NCBI RefSeq assembly: GCF_963921235.1
Contig: NC_086118.1
Location: forward strand, 29,142,001 to 29,206,000
Length of the DNA: 64,000 nt
Origin: Mobula hypostoma
Lineage: Eukaryota
Direction of reading: 5' to 3'
A model generated the notes under the pieces. It was not told where the DNA came from. It saw only the letters and a program-made list of their open reading frames with translations, and searched no databases. Positions 36,891 to 49,940 of this stretch are shown in pieces. A program made the translations under genes and the position numbers. Every line of letters starts with the position of its first letter. The stretch's first letter is position 1.

Positions 36891-37185
36891 CACCTCTTCC
36901 TAGAGATGCTGCCTGGCCTGCTGCGTTCACTAGCAACTTTTATGTGTGTTGTTGGGATCAAAGTCCAGCCTTTATTGAGAGAGTAACGGAGAAAAGGAAA
37001 TCCCATTTAAGTTCATGTTGCTTTTCTCTAAGCTCAATGTCAAGAGCGGTATCACTTTCTAATTATTTTCCTTTGTCTTTCTTAAACTGATCGATTGATC
37101 ATGATGCTTGAATTTTCTTTAGCTGTTGGGAATTGTAAAGTATTCTGCATGAATTTTCAAACCTTTCATACTTTCATACCTAACC

Positions 37186-39057
37186 CTTAGATGAGCTCAA
37201 CTCCTTTTATGCATGCTTTGAAAGGGAGAATAAAACTACACCTGTGTAAATCCCTGTCGCATCCGGTGACCCTGTGATCTCAATCTCAGAGGCTGACATC
37301 AGAACATCTTTCAAGAGGGTGAGCTCTCACAAGACATCAGGCCCCTTTGGTGTACCTGGTAGAGCTCTGAAGACCTGTGCTAACGAACTGGTGGGAGTGT
37401 TTAAAGACATCCTCGGTCTCTCACCGGAGGTCGGAGGTTCCCACCTGCTTCAAAAGGACAACAATCATGCCAGTGCCCAAGAAGAGCAGAGTGAACCTCG
37501 ATGACTATCACCCAGTGGCACTCTCATTTACTGTGATGAAGTGCTTTGAGAGGTTGTTCATGACTAGAATAATATCCTGCCTAAGCAAGGACCTGGACCA
37601 ACTGTAATTTGCTTAATGCCACAATAGGTCTTCACTGGATGCAATCTCACTGGATCTCCTCTCAGCCTTGGATCTCTTGGGCAATATAATACCTACTTCA
37701 GGCTGCCATTTATTAACTACAGCTCAGTGTTCAACACGATCATACACACAATTCTAATCAACAAGCTCCAAAATCTGTCCCTCTGTATGTCTCTGTGCAA
37801 CTAGATACTTGATTTGCTCACTGGGAGACAACAGCCTGTGCAGATTGGAAATATCATCCCCTCACTGACAATCAATTTCCAGATGTGCTCAATGCCTTTA
37901 TGCGTAAAACTACATCTATGCAAATCCCTTTAGTATCTAGTAACCCCGTGATCTCTGTCTAGGAGGCTGACATCAGGAAGTCTTTCAAGAGGGTAAACCC
38001 TTGCAAAGCATCAGGCCCTGATGGTGTGCCTGGTAGGGATCTGAAAACCTGTACCAACCAACAACTGGGAATGTTCAAGAACATCTTCAATCTCTTTCTG
38101 CTGTAATCAGGTGCTCCCACCTACTCGAAAAGGGCAACAATCATTCCAGTGCCCAAGAAGAACAGGGTGAGTTGCCTCAGTGACTATCACCAGTTAATAG
38201 AATTTCAGATGGTGGTGAGGAGGCATACAGGAGCAAGATAGATCAGCTGGTTGAGTGGTGTCACAACAATAACTTCACACACAACATCAGTAAGGCCAAG
38301 GAATTGACTGTGGACTTCAGGAAGGGTAAACAAGGGAACACACACCAGTCCTCATCAAGGGTTCAGAGGAGGAAAGAGTGAGCAGTTTCAAGTTCCTAGG
38401 TGTCAACATCTCTGTGGATCTATCCTGGGCCCAAAATATTGATGCAATTACAAAGAAGGCATGATAGCGCCCATATTTCATTCAAAGTTTGAGGAGACTT
38501 GATATGTCATCAAAGGCACTCTTAAATTTCTACAGATGTATCGTGGAAAGAACAGGTTGCATCAACATCTGGTATGGAGGAGCCACTGCATAGAATCAGA
38601 AAAAGCTGCAGCAAATTGTAAATTCAGCCGGCTCCATCATTGGCAATAGCTTCCCCAGCATCGAAGACACCTTCAAAAGGTAAGGCCTCAAAAAGGCCAT
38701 ATCCATCATTAAGGACCATCACCCAGGTCATGCCCTCTTCTCATTGCTACCATAAAGGAGGAGGTGCAGGAGCCTGAAGACATACTGTCAATGTTTTAGA
38801 ACAGCTGTTTCCCCTCTGCCATCAGATTTCTGAATGGATAATGAACCCATGAGCACTAACTCAATTTTTTGCTCTCTTTTTTGCACTGCACTACTTATTT
38901 AATTTAATTTTCTTTTTTCATATACACTTCTTTTTGTAATTCATAGTTTCATTATTATGAGTTGTTATGGATTACAATGTACTGCTGCTGCAAAACAACA
39001 AATACCTCAACATTTGCCGGTGATATTAAGCCTGATACTAATTCTGATTCTGATTCT
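37186..39057 (+). mobile_element. Two tandem Rex1/Babar RT fragments; the second has an internal deletion and the 3' UTR
   Basis: ORFs 37274-37607 give ISEADIRTSFKRV..GP.GVPGRALKTCA and VPTCFK.TTI.PVPKK....DYHPVAL..VMKCFERL; the same region repeats from 37879; tail attctgattctgattct. Confidence 0.85.
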
Positions 39058-40124
39058 CTGACAATGGGTGTCAACAGACTCTGGGAAACTTTGAAGGAAT
39101 CCATATGAATCATTGTTTGGTTCTGCTACACAGTGAAGCTATTCATGCTTTATTAGAGATTAAAGCCGAGGAAATGTGGGTTGCAGAGTACTTTAAATAG
39201 CCAGTATAACTGAATGGAATAAGCTGTGTGAAGATTTGCATAGTTTATTGAAATCTAGCAAACATGTCCTTGACTTTTGCCATTGGGTGGAAAGGAGGAG
39301 TTATTACCATAACAAGTATTATAGTTTAAATATTCACCATGCACGACGTACAATTACCTTCTAATGAATTGGATGTCGTTTTTATTTACTGAAGTGTTTT
39401 CAAGAGATTGAGTTTAAAACATGCAATATTTAGCATGATCATGAAATTAAGTGTTTTAACAAAAATAGTTTGTATTATTATTTAATAATAAAATTATAAA
39501 AGGAATGGATTTCAAATATTCAATAGAGGAATTTGAAATAATTAAAAATATATACTCCAAGATATATTGAAAGTGTTGGTGACACCTGACGTAATTATTT
39601 TTCAACTGTGTATGTGCACCAGTTAATGTACTGCATAGATTTGGTAAAGAAAGATTCCACAGTTATTTAAAGATATTTCTCTTAATTTCACTTCTCAGGC
39701 AAATATTAAACATATTGTGCATGCTAGAACATACTACACATTATGTAAAACAAGTGCCAAATTTTGCTCAAAGTAGAATAAACTGTAGGGATATTTGTTA
39801 CAAATTGCTAGGTGCACAATACAATGACAGATTGTTGATGGGTCTGCACATAAGTGCTGGCTGGCTGAAAAGAACACCATTAGTTACTGGACTCCTATGC
39901 CTGTGCACAGCAGTGCGGAACCTGGGTTTGTATCTGACCTTTCGCTCCCTTAGCTTAACATTGAGTGCAGCTGCAGTCCGTGAGTGGTGAGGTGCGGGGT
40001 CAATTACAATTCACATGTGGCTTCTCCCTATAATGCCAACCACAGGTGATGCACAGGTCCTGGCCTTATTCACTCCTCTGAAGTTTCTGACTTTCCTTAA
40101 CAGGAAGGTTTAACTAAGAATTTT

Positions 40125-41870
40125 CTTCATAGTTATAGAGCATTACAACAGACAAATTGGGCTCTTTGGCCCATTTAGTCTGTGCCGAACTATTATTCCG
40201 CCTAGTCCCATCGAGCTGCTTCTGCACCATAGCTCTCCATACCCTGCCCATCCATGTACTCACCCAAACTTGTCTTAAAATTGAAATCAAACCCACATCT
40301 GCCACTTCCACTGGCAGCTCACTCCACACTCTCATCAACATCTACATGAAGAAGTTACCACTTATGTTCCCCTTAACCCATGATCTCTAGTTCTAGTTTC
40401 ACCCAACCTCAGTGGAAAAAAGTCTGATTATACTTACCTTTTCTTTACCCCTCATAATTTTCTATATCTCTATCAATTCTCCCCTCTTTCTCCTACGCTC
40501 GAGGGAATACAGTCCTAATTTATACATCCTTTCCTATAATTCAGGTACTCAAGTCTTGGCAACATCCTCGTAAATTTTCTCAGCACTGTTTCAATCTTAT
40601 TGATATCTTTCCTGTATATGGGTGATCAGAACAGCGCGCAATACTCCAAATTAGGCCTCACAAACATATTATACAACTTCAACGTAACATCCCAATTCCT
40701 GTTTTCAGTACTTTGATTTCTGAAGGCCAATGTGCCAAAAGCTCTCTTTACAACCCTATCTACATGTGATGCCACTTTCAAGGAATTATGGGTCTGTATT
40801 CCCAGATCCTTCTGTTCAACCACACTCCTCAGTGCCCTCCCATTCACTATGTAAGTCCTACCCTGGTTTGTCCCCCCAAAGTGCAACTTCTCACATTTAT
40901 CTACATTAATTTCATTTTGCCATTTTTCAGCCCAACTTTCCACCTGGTCCAGATCGCGCTGCAAGCTTTGACAACCTATTTGCTGTCTGCTATGCCTCCA
41001 TGCTTGCTGTCATCCACAAATTGCCTAACCTAGTTTATCGCATTATCAACAGATTATTGATATAGATAACAAACAACAACGGACCCAGCACCATTCCCTG
41101 CAGGTTAGCACTAGTCACAGGTCTGCAGTCTGAGAGGCAACCACCTAGCACCACTCTCTGTCTTTTCTTGTGAAGCCAATGTCGAATCCTATTTACTACT
41201 CCTATTTGCCAAGCAACTGAATGTTCTTGACCACCCTCCCATGTGAGACCTTGTTAAAGGACTTGCTCATGTCCATGTACCTTACCTTCATCAACTTTCC
41301 TGGTGAACTCCTTGAAAAGCTCTATAAGATTGGTTAGTCATGACCTACCATGCACAAAGCTATGTAGACAATCCCAAATCTGGCCCTGTCTATCTAAATA
41401 CTTATATATCGCTCCCTTGGAATACCTTCCAATAACTTACCTATTATTAATGTGAAGCTCACTGGTCTATAATTTCCAGGCTTATTTTTAGAGCCTTTCT
41501 TAAACAACGGAATAACATTATCTATCCTCCAATCCTTCAATCCTCCAGCACCTCACCCATGGCGAAGGATGTTTTAAATACCTCTGCAAGGTCCCCCGTA
41601 AGTTCTGCATTAGCCTCCCACCAGGTCTGAGGGAACACCTTGTCAGACCCTGGGGATTTATCCAATATAATTTATCTCAAGTCAGCAAGAGCACCTGTAA
41701 TCCATGTGTGGTCCATGACCTCACTGCTGTTCTGTCTTAGTTATATTGACTTTGCTTCTGTCTCCCAAGTAAATGCAGATGCAAAAAATCAATTTAAGCT
41801 CTCCACCATCGCTTTTGGCTCTGTGCACAGATGACCACGCTAATCTTCAAGAGGCTCACTTTTATCCCTT
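40125..41870 (-). mobile_element. CR1 LINE ORF2 RT + 3' UTR
   Basis: ORF 40626..40964 gives QRDLDQVESWAEKWQ..NVDKCEKLHFG..N...KDLG....SLK...VVKRAFG.LAF...VRPNLEYC. Confidence 0.9.
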
Positions 41871-42411
41871 TGCTGAAATTTCTTTCCAAAGCTTTAATCA
41901 ATTTGCAGCTGTGCTATATTATTTTGAATAGATGTATCATTATTTAATATGCATCTTCTTAATAAATTAAAAATTTGGAGCTTCAGAAACGCAAACATTT
42001 TTGCATGGCTATATGTCTGGCCTGGGTGGCAATTGTTAGCACAGCTGATTAGTACAATCTGGCCCAAAGTTGATAGGAATAATTTAATCTCATTAATTTA
42101 GGCAGAACTTTCTCACACCTCACAATAAAAATTTTCAGGCATCCAACAGAATTCAAGGAAGGGTTAGATAGTAGTTTACTACTGGCAATCTGATACTTTA
42201 TTCCTTGAAGTCCCACTCCTAGGTTCACTCTATCGAAAGCTCCGCAGACCTGAGTATAGAGAGAATACTCTAAAGTGAACATTCCTTACATGTCACAATC
42301 ACCACATATTATGGATTACTCAAAGTACCTCAGGCTTTGGATGAAGAAAATTACCTCCCTTTGCAACATAGCAACCATTTTGTGGGTCAACACATTAACT
42401 AACTTCATCTC

Positions 42412-43842
42412 AGGATCCTGAGCACCTTCTCAGCTTCCTGATGACTGGAAAATTGCATATGTTACTCCACTATTGAAGAAGGGTGGGAGGCAGCAGAAAG
42501 AAAACTATAGACCTGGTAGCCTGACATCAGTGGTTGGGAAGTTGTTGGAATCGATTGTTAGGGATGAGATTACCTGGGGGCACATGACAAGATAGGCCAA
42601 AGCCAGCAAGGTTTCCTGAAAGGAAAATACTGCCTGACTAACCTACTGCATTTTTTTGAGGAAATTACAAGCAAGGTAGTCAAAGGAGATGCAGTAGATG
42701 TGGTGTACTTGGATTTTCAGAAGGCCTTTAACAAGGTGCCACACATGATGCTGCTTAGCATGATAAGAGCCCATGGAATTACAGGGAAGTTACTAGCATG
42801 GGTGGAGCATTGGCTGACTGGCAGAAAACAGAGAGTGGGAATAAAAGGATCCTATTCTGGCTGGCTGCCAGTTCCACAGGGGTCAGTGTTGACTGCTGCT
42901 TTTTACGATATATGTCAATGATTTGAACTATGGGATTAATAGATTTGTGGCTAAATTTGCCAATGATACAAAGATAGGTGGAGGAGCGGGTGGTGTTGAG
43001 GAAACAGAGACTTAGATAACTTAGGGGAATGGGAAAAGAAGTGGCAAATGAAATACAAATGAAAATTGGTGGATGAAATAGATGGGCAGACTATTATTTA
43101 GATAAAGAGAGAACTCAAAATGCAGAGATGTACAGGATACCGTAAAGATTAACCTCCAGGTTGAGTCGGTGGTGAAGAAGGCAAATACAATGTTGGCATT
43201 CATTTCTAGAGGTATAGAATATAAGAGCAGGGATGTGATGTTGAAGCTCTATAAGACACTCGTCAGACCACACTTGGCGTATTGTGTGCAGTTTTGGGCT
43301 CCTTATTTTAGGAAGGATATACTGACGTTGGAGAGGGTTCAGAGAAGATTCACGAGAATGATTCCAGGAATGAAAGGGTTACCACATGAGGAACGTCTGG
43401 CAGCTCTTGGGCTTTATTCCCTGGAATTCAGGAGAATGAAGGGGGATCTCATAGAAACATTCTGAATGTTAAAAGGCCTGAACAGATTAGATATGGCAAA
43501 GTTATTTCCCATGGTATGGGGAGTCTAGAATAAGAGGGCATAACTTCAGGTTTGAAGGATGTCCATTTAGAACAGAGATGCGGAGAAATTACTTTAGTCA
43601 GAGGGTGGTAGATCTGTGGATTTTGTTACCACAAGCAGATGTGGAGGCTAAGTTATTGGGTACATTTAAGGCAGAGATATATAGGTTCTTGATTAGCCAG
43701 GGAATCAAAGTGTATGGGGAGAAGGCAGGGGAGTGGGGATGACTGGGAGAATTGGATCAGCCCATGACTGAAAGGCAGACCAGATTCAATGGGTCAAATG
43801 GCCGACTTCTGCTCCTATATCTTATGGTCTTATGGTCTTATC
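42412..43842 (+). mobile_element. CR1 LINE ORF2 RT + 3' UTR (relatively young)
   Basis: ORFs VYLDFQKAFNKVPH...WLTGRKQRV..VPQGSVL and KANTMLAFISRG...LVRPHLAYCVQFWAPY; tail (cttatggt)2. Confidence 0.92.
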
Positions 43843-46774
43843 TCATATCTGACTGTTTTAAGTCAAAAATGAGCCAAATAACCTTGTGGAACATTTTAAT
43901 ATTTTACTAACTCACAGCGTGCATGAGATAGGCTGATGGTATCAGGGCACAAGTCCTCACAATATATAATAAGGCTTACGTATGAAGGTACATTGATGGA
44001 GCATAAACAGTAGTATAAACAATAGAAAATAAACAAGGATAAACAGTAGAAAGAGTATATGATATCCTGAACAGCTGATCCAACTGTCCCATCAAGCATG
44101 AGTTTATTCTACATAGGATTCTCGTGCTCACAATACTGGAATTGAAGCAAATAATCCTTGATGCAAAGAGGTTGCCTTAGAAGATGTTCAACAAATGTGG
44201 TTGATTAAAGTGCCCCTCCAATAACAGTGCAATCTAAATGTTTTTGCCACTCTTGGCTTTGCCAGTTGTCAGGTGCATCAAAATAAGACTCTAATATTTT
44301 ATGACCATTAGCTTGAGATAACAATATATGCTTTAAAAATATTGAACTTATTTCCTCTATAAATAGATAATAGAGGATTAGATTCAAAAGAGCCAGACAT
44401 GGTAGCCCAGACTTTGAAGTCAGTAGAAAATGCATGCCAGCTAATCATTACAGCAACAATTGTCCACAGGTTTTCCACGGGATTTTCAAGAAAATGTACT
44501 ATTTATAAATGTACAGTACTATTTTCCTGTGGTGTGTGGTGCGGTGCTGCGCTTCACACAGCAGCTGGGATGTTTTTGAATAGGACTCTCAAATATTTCT
44601 CCTTAACCAATCTGAATGATGAATTTTAACTGAAGTGCTAAATCAAGAATTTGAAGCTGCAATATTTAATTCAATTCATCAATGGAAAGTAAACTAAACA
44701 GAGAGAAAGGAAAATGGATTAAATGATAGAAGTTAGAGATAAAACAAAAAATAAAAATTATTTATTTTGAAACAATATATGCAAAATCTGAAAGTATGAG
44801 ACTCCACAATTATGAAGGTAAATATTGAAAGCCACACGAGATATTTGGTTCTACATCATGAAAAAAGTCCATGAAAAAGCCTCAAGTATTCCTGGTCAGT
44901 TGAACTGATATCAAACGAAATCAAACTGTACAGCAACTTCATGTATTCTTTGTGTTTGAATGCAGCTGACTGGTTGAGGTGCAATTAGCACAGCTTCTAA
45001 GAGAGCTGAGCAGCTTGGACAGTGCTATGCTGTGTTTAAAAGTACAAATAGAATCACCTGACAATGCTGACTGATTTACTTTTTACTAATAGTAAGCATG
45101 GGTCAAATTTTTACTATAAAATTCAGGCCATAATTTTTACTTACTTAATTGACTATGCAAGTTATAAGAAATCTAGTTAGACGAGCAAAGTGATATACAT
45201 AGTTCTGCTGTCAGATTAATTTATCAATTTAATACTTATTAAGGTTAACAAAGCAAAGAGATTATCTTGAATAATACATTTTGTAACTATTTTGAGATCA
45301 TTTTCCATTTTTGTTGGAAATACAGTTTTTATGAAAATGATTTGTGGAAGTATTATTTCATGTAAAAACAATGAAAACTGTTTTAAAGGAACTCTTAACT
45401 TGTGAGATGTAGCTTGTAATATTCTTAGAAAATAGTTCTAAGAATATATAAAACATTGGTCTGTATTAACTTTAGTAATTCCATATATTGGTGGTAATTT
45501 AATTATACGAAGAACTAGGTTAGCTTCATTGTTAAGATAAATTGGAATTAATTTCTGCAGAATAATCTTAGAAATAACAAACACAAGCATTTCTGATCAA
45601 GAAATATTAACCTAAAATTATATCCCTGAAGGGGGCAGATTCAAGCATTAAACCTATAATTTTAAGTATGTTTGTTTATGCAATCAAACACCACTAAAAA
45701 TACTCTTCATCCGCATGAGGACTGTGCATAGCTAGGTTGCTAGGAGATGTGCAATACTGGGATTTCCATTTTATCTTCCATTCTAGCAAGGGAATTGGAA
45801 TAAAACAAAGATAATGTATTAGATGTCATTCTGGTGTAAGACATTCAAATTAATAATGAAGAGAGAAAAGATACAGAGTATATAATAGTTGTTTTAGGCT
45901 GCACTTTGGGATCAATTGTAATCTATTATTACTCACACTGACAGCAATTACTATTTGCATTAAACAGGATTTTTCAGTTTTCAGCAACGTGATATTTACG
46001 GGTATTTTAAATTAATTATTTTGCTTCAACTCTGTATGCAGTGGAACAGTATTGTGAAATTAACGGGAAACTAATCAACCTAAAATAAAACATGAGTTGT
46101 TAATCTGAAATCAAGTGAATTGCTAGGTATAAGATGAATATAACTGTTAGAAAACTATGACAAAATATTCAAGAAGGGATACACTTACTGCAGCATCAGT
46201 TCTCAAAGGCTTTCTGGGGGAGCATTTAAATTCTATAAAGTAGTTAATGACACTACTTGAAAGAATCTGCTCTCTGGATGCACCATTGATAATGGTTCCC
46301 ATATTGATATGTTAAATTAATAATATTTCTGGGAATATATCAGCTCCTTGCAGATCACATAAAGCTTAACTGTGGATCATTGCTTAGACTGCCAGCAAGC
46401 CTGCACAAAAATACTAGAAATTAAAGTGAACTTGAGGGATTAAGTGGCGAGAAATATTTAATTTCTCATATACAAAGTATAACTTTTAGTTGAAAAAGAG
46501 TTTTGTAATCATGAAAGCCTGAAGAATAAAAGTCTTTGGAATCTAAGAGAAACCAGCCCAGTGGATCTAAAATCACACTTTGTAGCAGAAAGCAAAGGCC
46601 AATATTTGACGTGTCTTATGTGATTGAAAGAATATTTATAATGAGTTCATGCAGTTTTCTATGAGGGCTCTTGTACTTGATGGTAAATATCTTTGATTTG
46701 GACTTAAATTTAGGAGCCATGGTTAAATTTCCATATGATAAAAAAGACTGAATAGTTCATAGTCTAGGTCCATA

Positions 46775-47070
46775 GAGTGGGCACATGGCCAAGTGGTTAA
46801 GGCATTGGACTAGCGACCTGAAGGTCGTGAATTCGAGCCCCAGCTGAGGCAGCGTGTTGTGTCCTTGAGCAAGGCACTTAACCACACAGTGCTCTGAATG
46901 ACACTGGTGCCAAGCTGTATCGGCTCTTGCCCTTCCCTTGGACAACATGGAGAAGGGATACTTGGAGCATGGGCAGCTACTGGTCTTCCATATAACCTTG
47001 CCCAGGTCTGCACCCTGGAGAGTGAAGACTTCCAGGCGCAGATCTCGCAAGACTAATGGATGCCTTTAAT
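46775..47070 (+). mobile_element. tRNA-derived SINE with a CORE-like centre and an RTE-like 3' end
   Basis: A box TGGCCAAGTGG (46786-46796), B-box-like GAATTCGAGCCC, then gtgttgtgtccttgagcaaggcactt; ends gcaagactaatggatgcctt. Confidence 0.75.
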
Positions 47071-47302
47071 TTAATAAAAGAGAAATATGAAACTCAGTCT
47101 GGAGTTTCATCTTAAATGTAAAATAATCTATTTGGGAAAAGAAAACAAACAATGAAAATAGTACAACGAAAAACCAAAGTGCAGAGGAATTAAGGGGCCT
47201 TGTGTGCATGTTCACTGATCTCGGAGAGTATCAGCATAGTGAGGTAAAATGGTTAAAAATGTATACAAGAATACATTTTGTCATTGATTGTGGCACAGAA
47301 TA

Positions 47303-48107
47303 CAGACATCCCATTTCTCCTGGAAGTTCCGGGAGTCTCCCATATATTGATAGCGGCTCCCTGACGCCCTCAAATTATATACAATATCCTGGAAATCGAT
47401 TTTCTTGAGAGCGAGTGAGAGGAAAAGACAGAGAGACAGAGAGAGCGTGTGACAGACATAGCGCAGGAGTGACAGAGAAAGCATCCTGATTGGTCTCTCT
47501 TTGTGCTAAGTAGACCTATCGGTTTTCTCTGTGGGCAGGCTTTACAGTCGACCTCTCTCTCTCTCTCTCTTTCATTGTCCATCAGTTCAGTTTAGTATCC
47601 TGCACTAAAATATAAAATATAAAGCGTACTTCACCCCAGACTACACTAAAGTGTACCCCTGCCTAATAGGGGTCAAAAATAATGACAGTGTTGCTCGCTG
47701 CACTGTTTGCAACAGTGACTTTTCTATTGCCCATGGTGGGTTAAATGACTGTAAAAAACATGTTGAGGTGAGTTTAACAGGTGTCATTTTTTCATTAGCA
47801 TAGCTAACGTTATTTAAACTAGCTGGCTAGCTGTTATGGAGCTACTCTATTGATGTCCTACGTGATGAGGTCAAATCCCCTGTAGACTTGCTTAAAGTTG
47901 TAATAGAATAAAAAAACGAATCCATGATAATATAAGTACATATTTTAATGTCCCATTTTCTGCATAAGACAAATGTTCTGTATACATACACCCTTGGCGG
48001 TCAACCGGGGGGGGGGTGGGCGGATATGGGGTTGCGGGGGGCAGGGGCGGGGGTGGGGGTGGGGGTACTACCTCCCTGAAATGAGTTTTTGCAGGGTGGG
48101 ATGTCTG
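47303..48107 (+). mobile_element. Non-autonomous hAT-superfamily DNA transposon with a 7-bp TSD
   Basis: TIR CAGACATCCCA/TGGGATGTCTG; CAGAATA at 47296-47302 and 48108-48114; Zn-finger exon at 47615-47767. Confidence 0.8.
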
Positions 48108-48649
48108 CAGAATATAAGAGCCGGGAAGTATACGAGAATAGCATTAAATACTAGCATGACCACAGCATACAAGATTCATTTTGGATCACAACTTTACAGG
48201 AAGGAAGTGATAGCATTTCAGAGTGTGTAGAGATTTATAAGAATATTGCCAGAACGTAAAATATTACTTATGATGAAAGATTGGTAATGTTGGTATTATT
48301 TTCTTTGAGAACATATGTGACAGAGGAGAGACTTGATCATGGATATGAAACTGAAAAATTTCAAGGTGACAATAAGTACTTCTTTCCTTAAGAGGGACAT
48401 CAATAATTAGGAGCCTTGGATTTAAAATCGTTGGTTGAAGGATTAAAGAAGAATTATGTCATTTAATTTTTTTTATCCAGATGTTGTGGAAGGTTGGAAG
48501 AGGCAGGCAACTTTGGTGCATTTGAGAAGTCTTTGGCTGAGCATTTGAAATGCTACGAGGGGCAAATAAGTTTATTCTATATTCACTGTTTCTATGTGTC
48601 TATGGAAAGAGCACGAATTGAGTTTTAGGTAGCTACTTTTAATTATGCT

Positions 48650-48890
48650 ATCATCATCATCATCATCATTATCATCATCACCATTATGTGCCGTGTCAAA
48701 TGATGTGCGTAATCATGGCCTTCCATCTGTCTTTAATCTGAGAAGTTCTAATAAGCTCTTCAAAACTTTTGCCTGTCCATCCCTAGATGTAAATCATGAA
48801 TGCCATATGCTGTCAACTGCAGCTTTTTGTTCCATCTATTTTTCCTGCCAAATACAAGGTGTTTGAGCTTCTCTTTCCTCAGTATGCTAC
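48650..48890 (-). mobile_element. RTE-clade LINE 3' end with a (GAT)n tail
   Basis: The reverse strand reads tggaaggccatgattacgcacatcatttgacacggcacataa followed by tgatgatgat. Confidence 0.6.
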
Positions 48891-49559
48891 ATCTGTTCTA
48901 AAAGTGGACAGGTCTGCAGGTCCAATAGAAACATATTCCTTGCTATGAATGGATATTCTTAACTGTATCACTTCAAACTATGCTGGTAATAACTGAGAAA
49001 TGCCCCCTTCCAAATAAAAAAGGCCCAGATTTTGCAATTGACAGTAAAATAAAGTGACTCCCTGCTGATTTCAGACCGTTATGATCTACAGCCACCGTGT
49101 TGTGAACATCTTAAATATTGCCACCTGCATGAACTTGAGGGGACTGCTGCTGTCCAGCAAGTGATATTGATGGACAGCGGCGCAACAGCACTGCTGGACA
49201 ATGGTAAGAACAAGTTGACTAAATAGCCAACCGTATTGAAAAATTCTGAAAGCAGAAAGGCAAGAGAAATAATCAGCTAATATTTTATATCAATGGAAAA
49301 TCCTCTGTTCCATCCTCTTAAACTGTCCACATCAATGAAAATGACTTGTTTCCACTATGGTACTACATATACTGAGGAAATCACAGACTCTTGTTACTGA
49401 TGGGAAGAAGGTTCCTGTTGGGGCAGTGAGAGGATATTTTGTGAGCTGTTGTTCTCCTTCCGCTAATTACACTGCAGCTCCATGTGCTCCCAATGATGGA
49501 ATTCAGATTTCTCAGTATAATACTGAATGCTCCCTTTTCCACTTTGAGTGGTCATGAGC

Positions 49560-49940
49560 TAAGGAACTGCAGGATTTGGTGGAGACATTGCACAGTTCTC
49601 AAGGAGAATTTGAGCACATTTTTGAATCATTTCTACTCGTTCCCTCAAAGCCTCCCTTCTGTGACAAAATAGAGTGTGTCCTTCAAATGTCTGGTATTAA
49701 GTACCTGAGCATTATGATCTACCTAACAGAGCTAAGTGGTTCATGTTTTCTAAGGTTCACCATCAACCTTCCTCAGTGGGTGGTGTTGTGCAACAGTGAT
49801 AGTTTGATATGAGAACTTTGTCTTGCAGAAGTTGAATGCAAGACCCATCCTCTCATAAACTTCAGTGAATGAAGCATGGAACTTAGCCCCCGTATACATG
49901 CAATCACATGTATTGTCTGTGTATCACAGCTCAAACATTT
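49560..49940 (-). mobile_element. Very decayed RTE-like RT fragment
   Basis: gttgaatgcaagacccatcctctcataaac...tgtattgtctgtgtatcacagctc resembles the reverse complement of an RTE RT core. Confidence 0.35.

Larger units (their letters stand above)
35618..36952 (+). mobile_element. Penelope-like element (Neptune-like): 5'-truncated copy with an inverted 5' pLTR and a 15-bp TSD
   Basis: TSD TGGGATCAAAGTCCA at 35603-35617 and 36953-36967; inverted arms 35653-36204 / 36400-36951; GIY-YIG ORF; hammerhead motifs. Confidence 0.95.

Noticed and set aside
46778..46850. tRNA gene
   Set aside because: A/B boxes are present but there is no proper acceptor stem, and the sequence continues into a SINE body and tail.
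49147..49182. Hairpin gctgctgtcca...tggacagcggc as a pre-miRNA or terminator
   Set aside because: The 11-bp stem is too short and has no supporting context; probably chance or a MITE relic.
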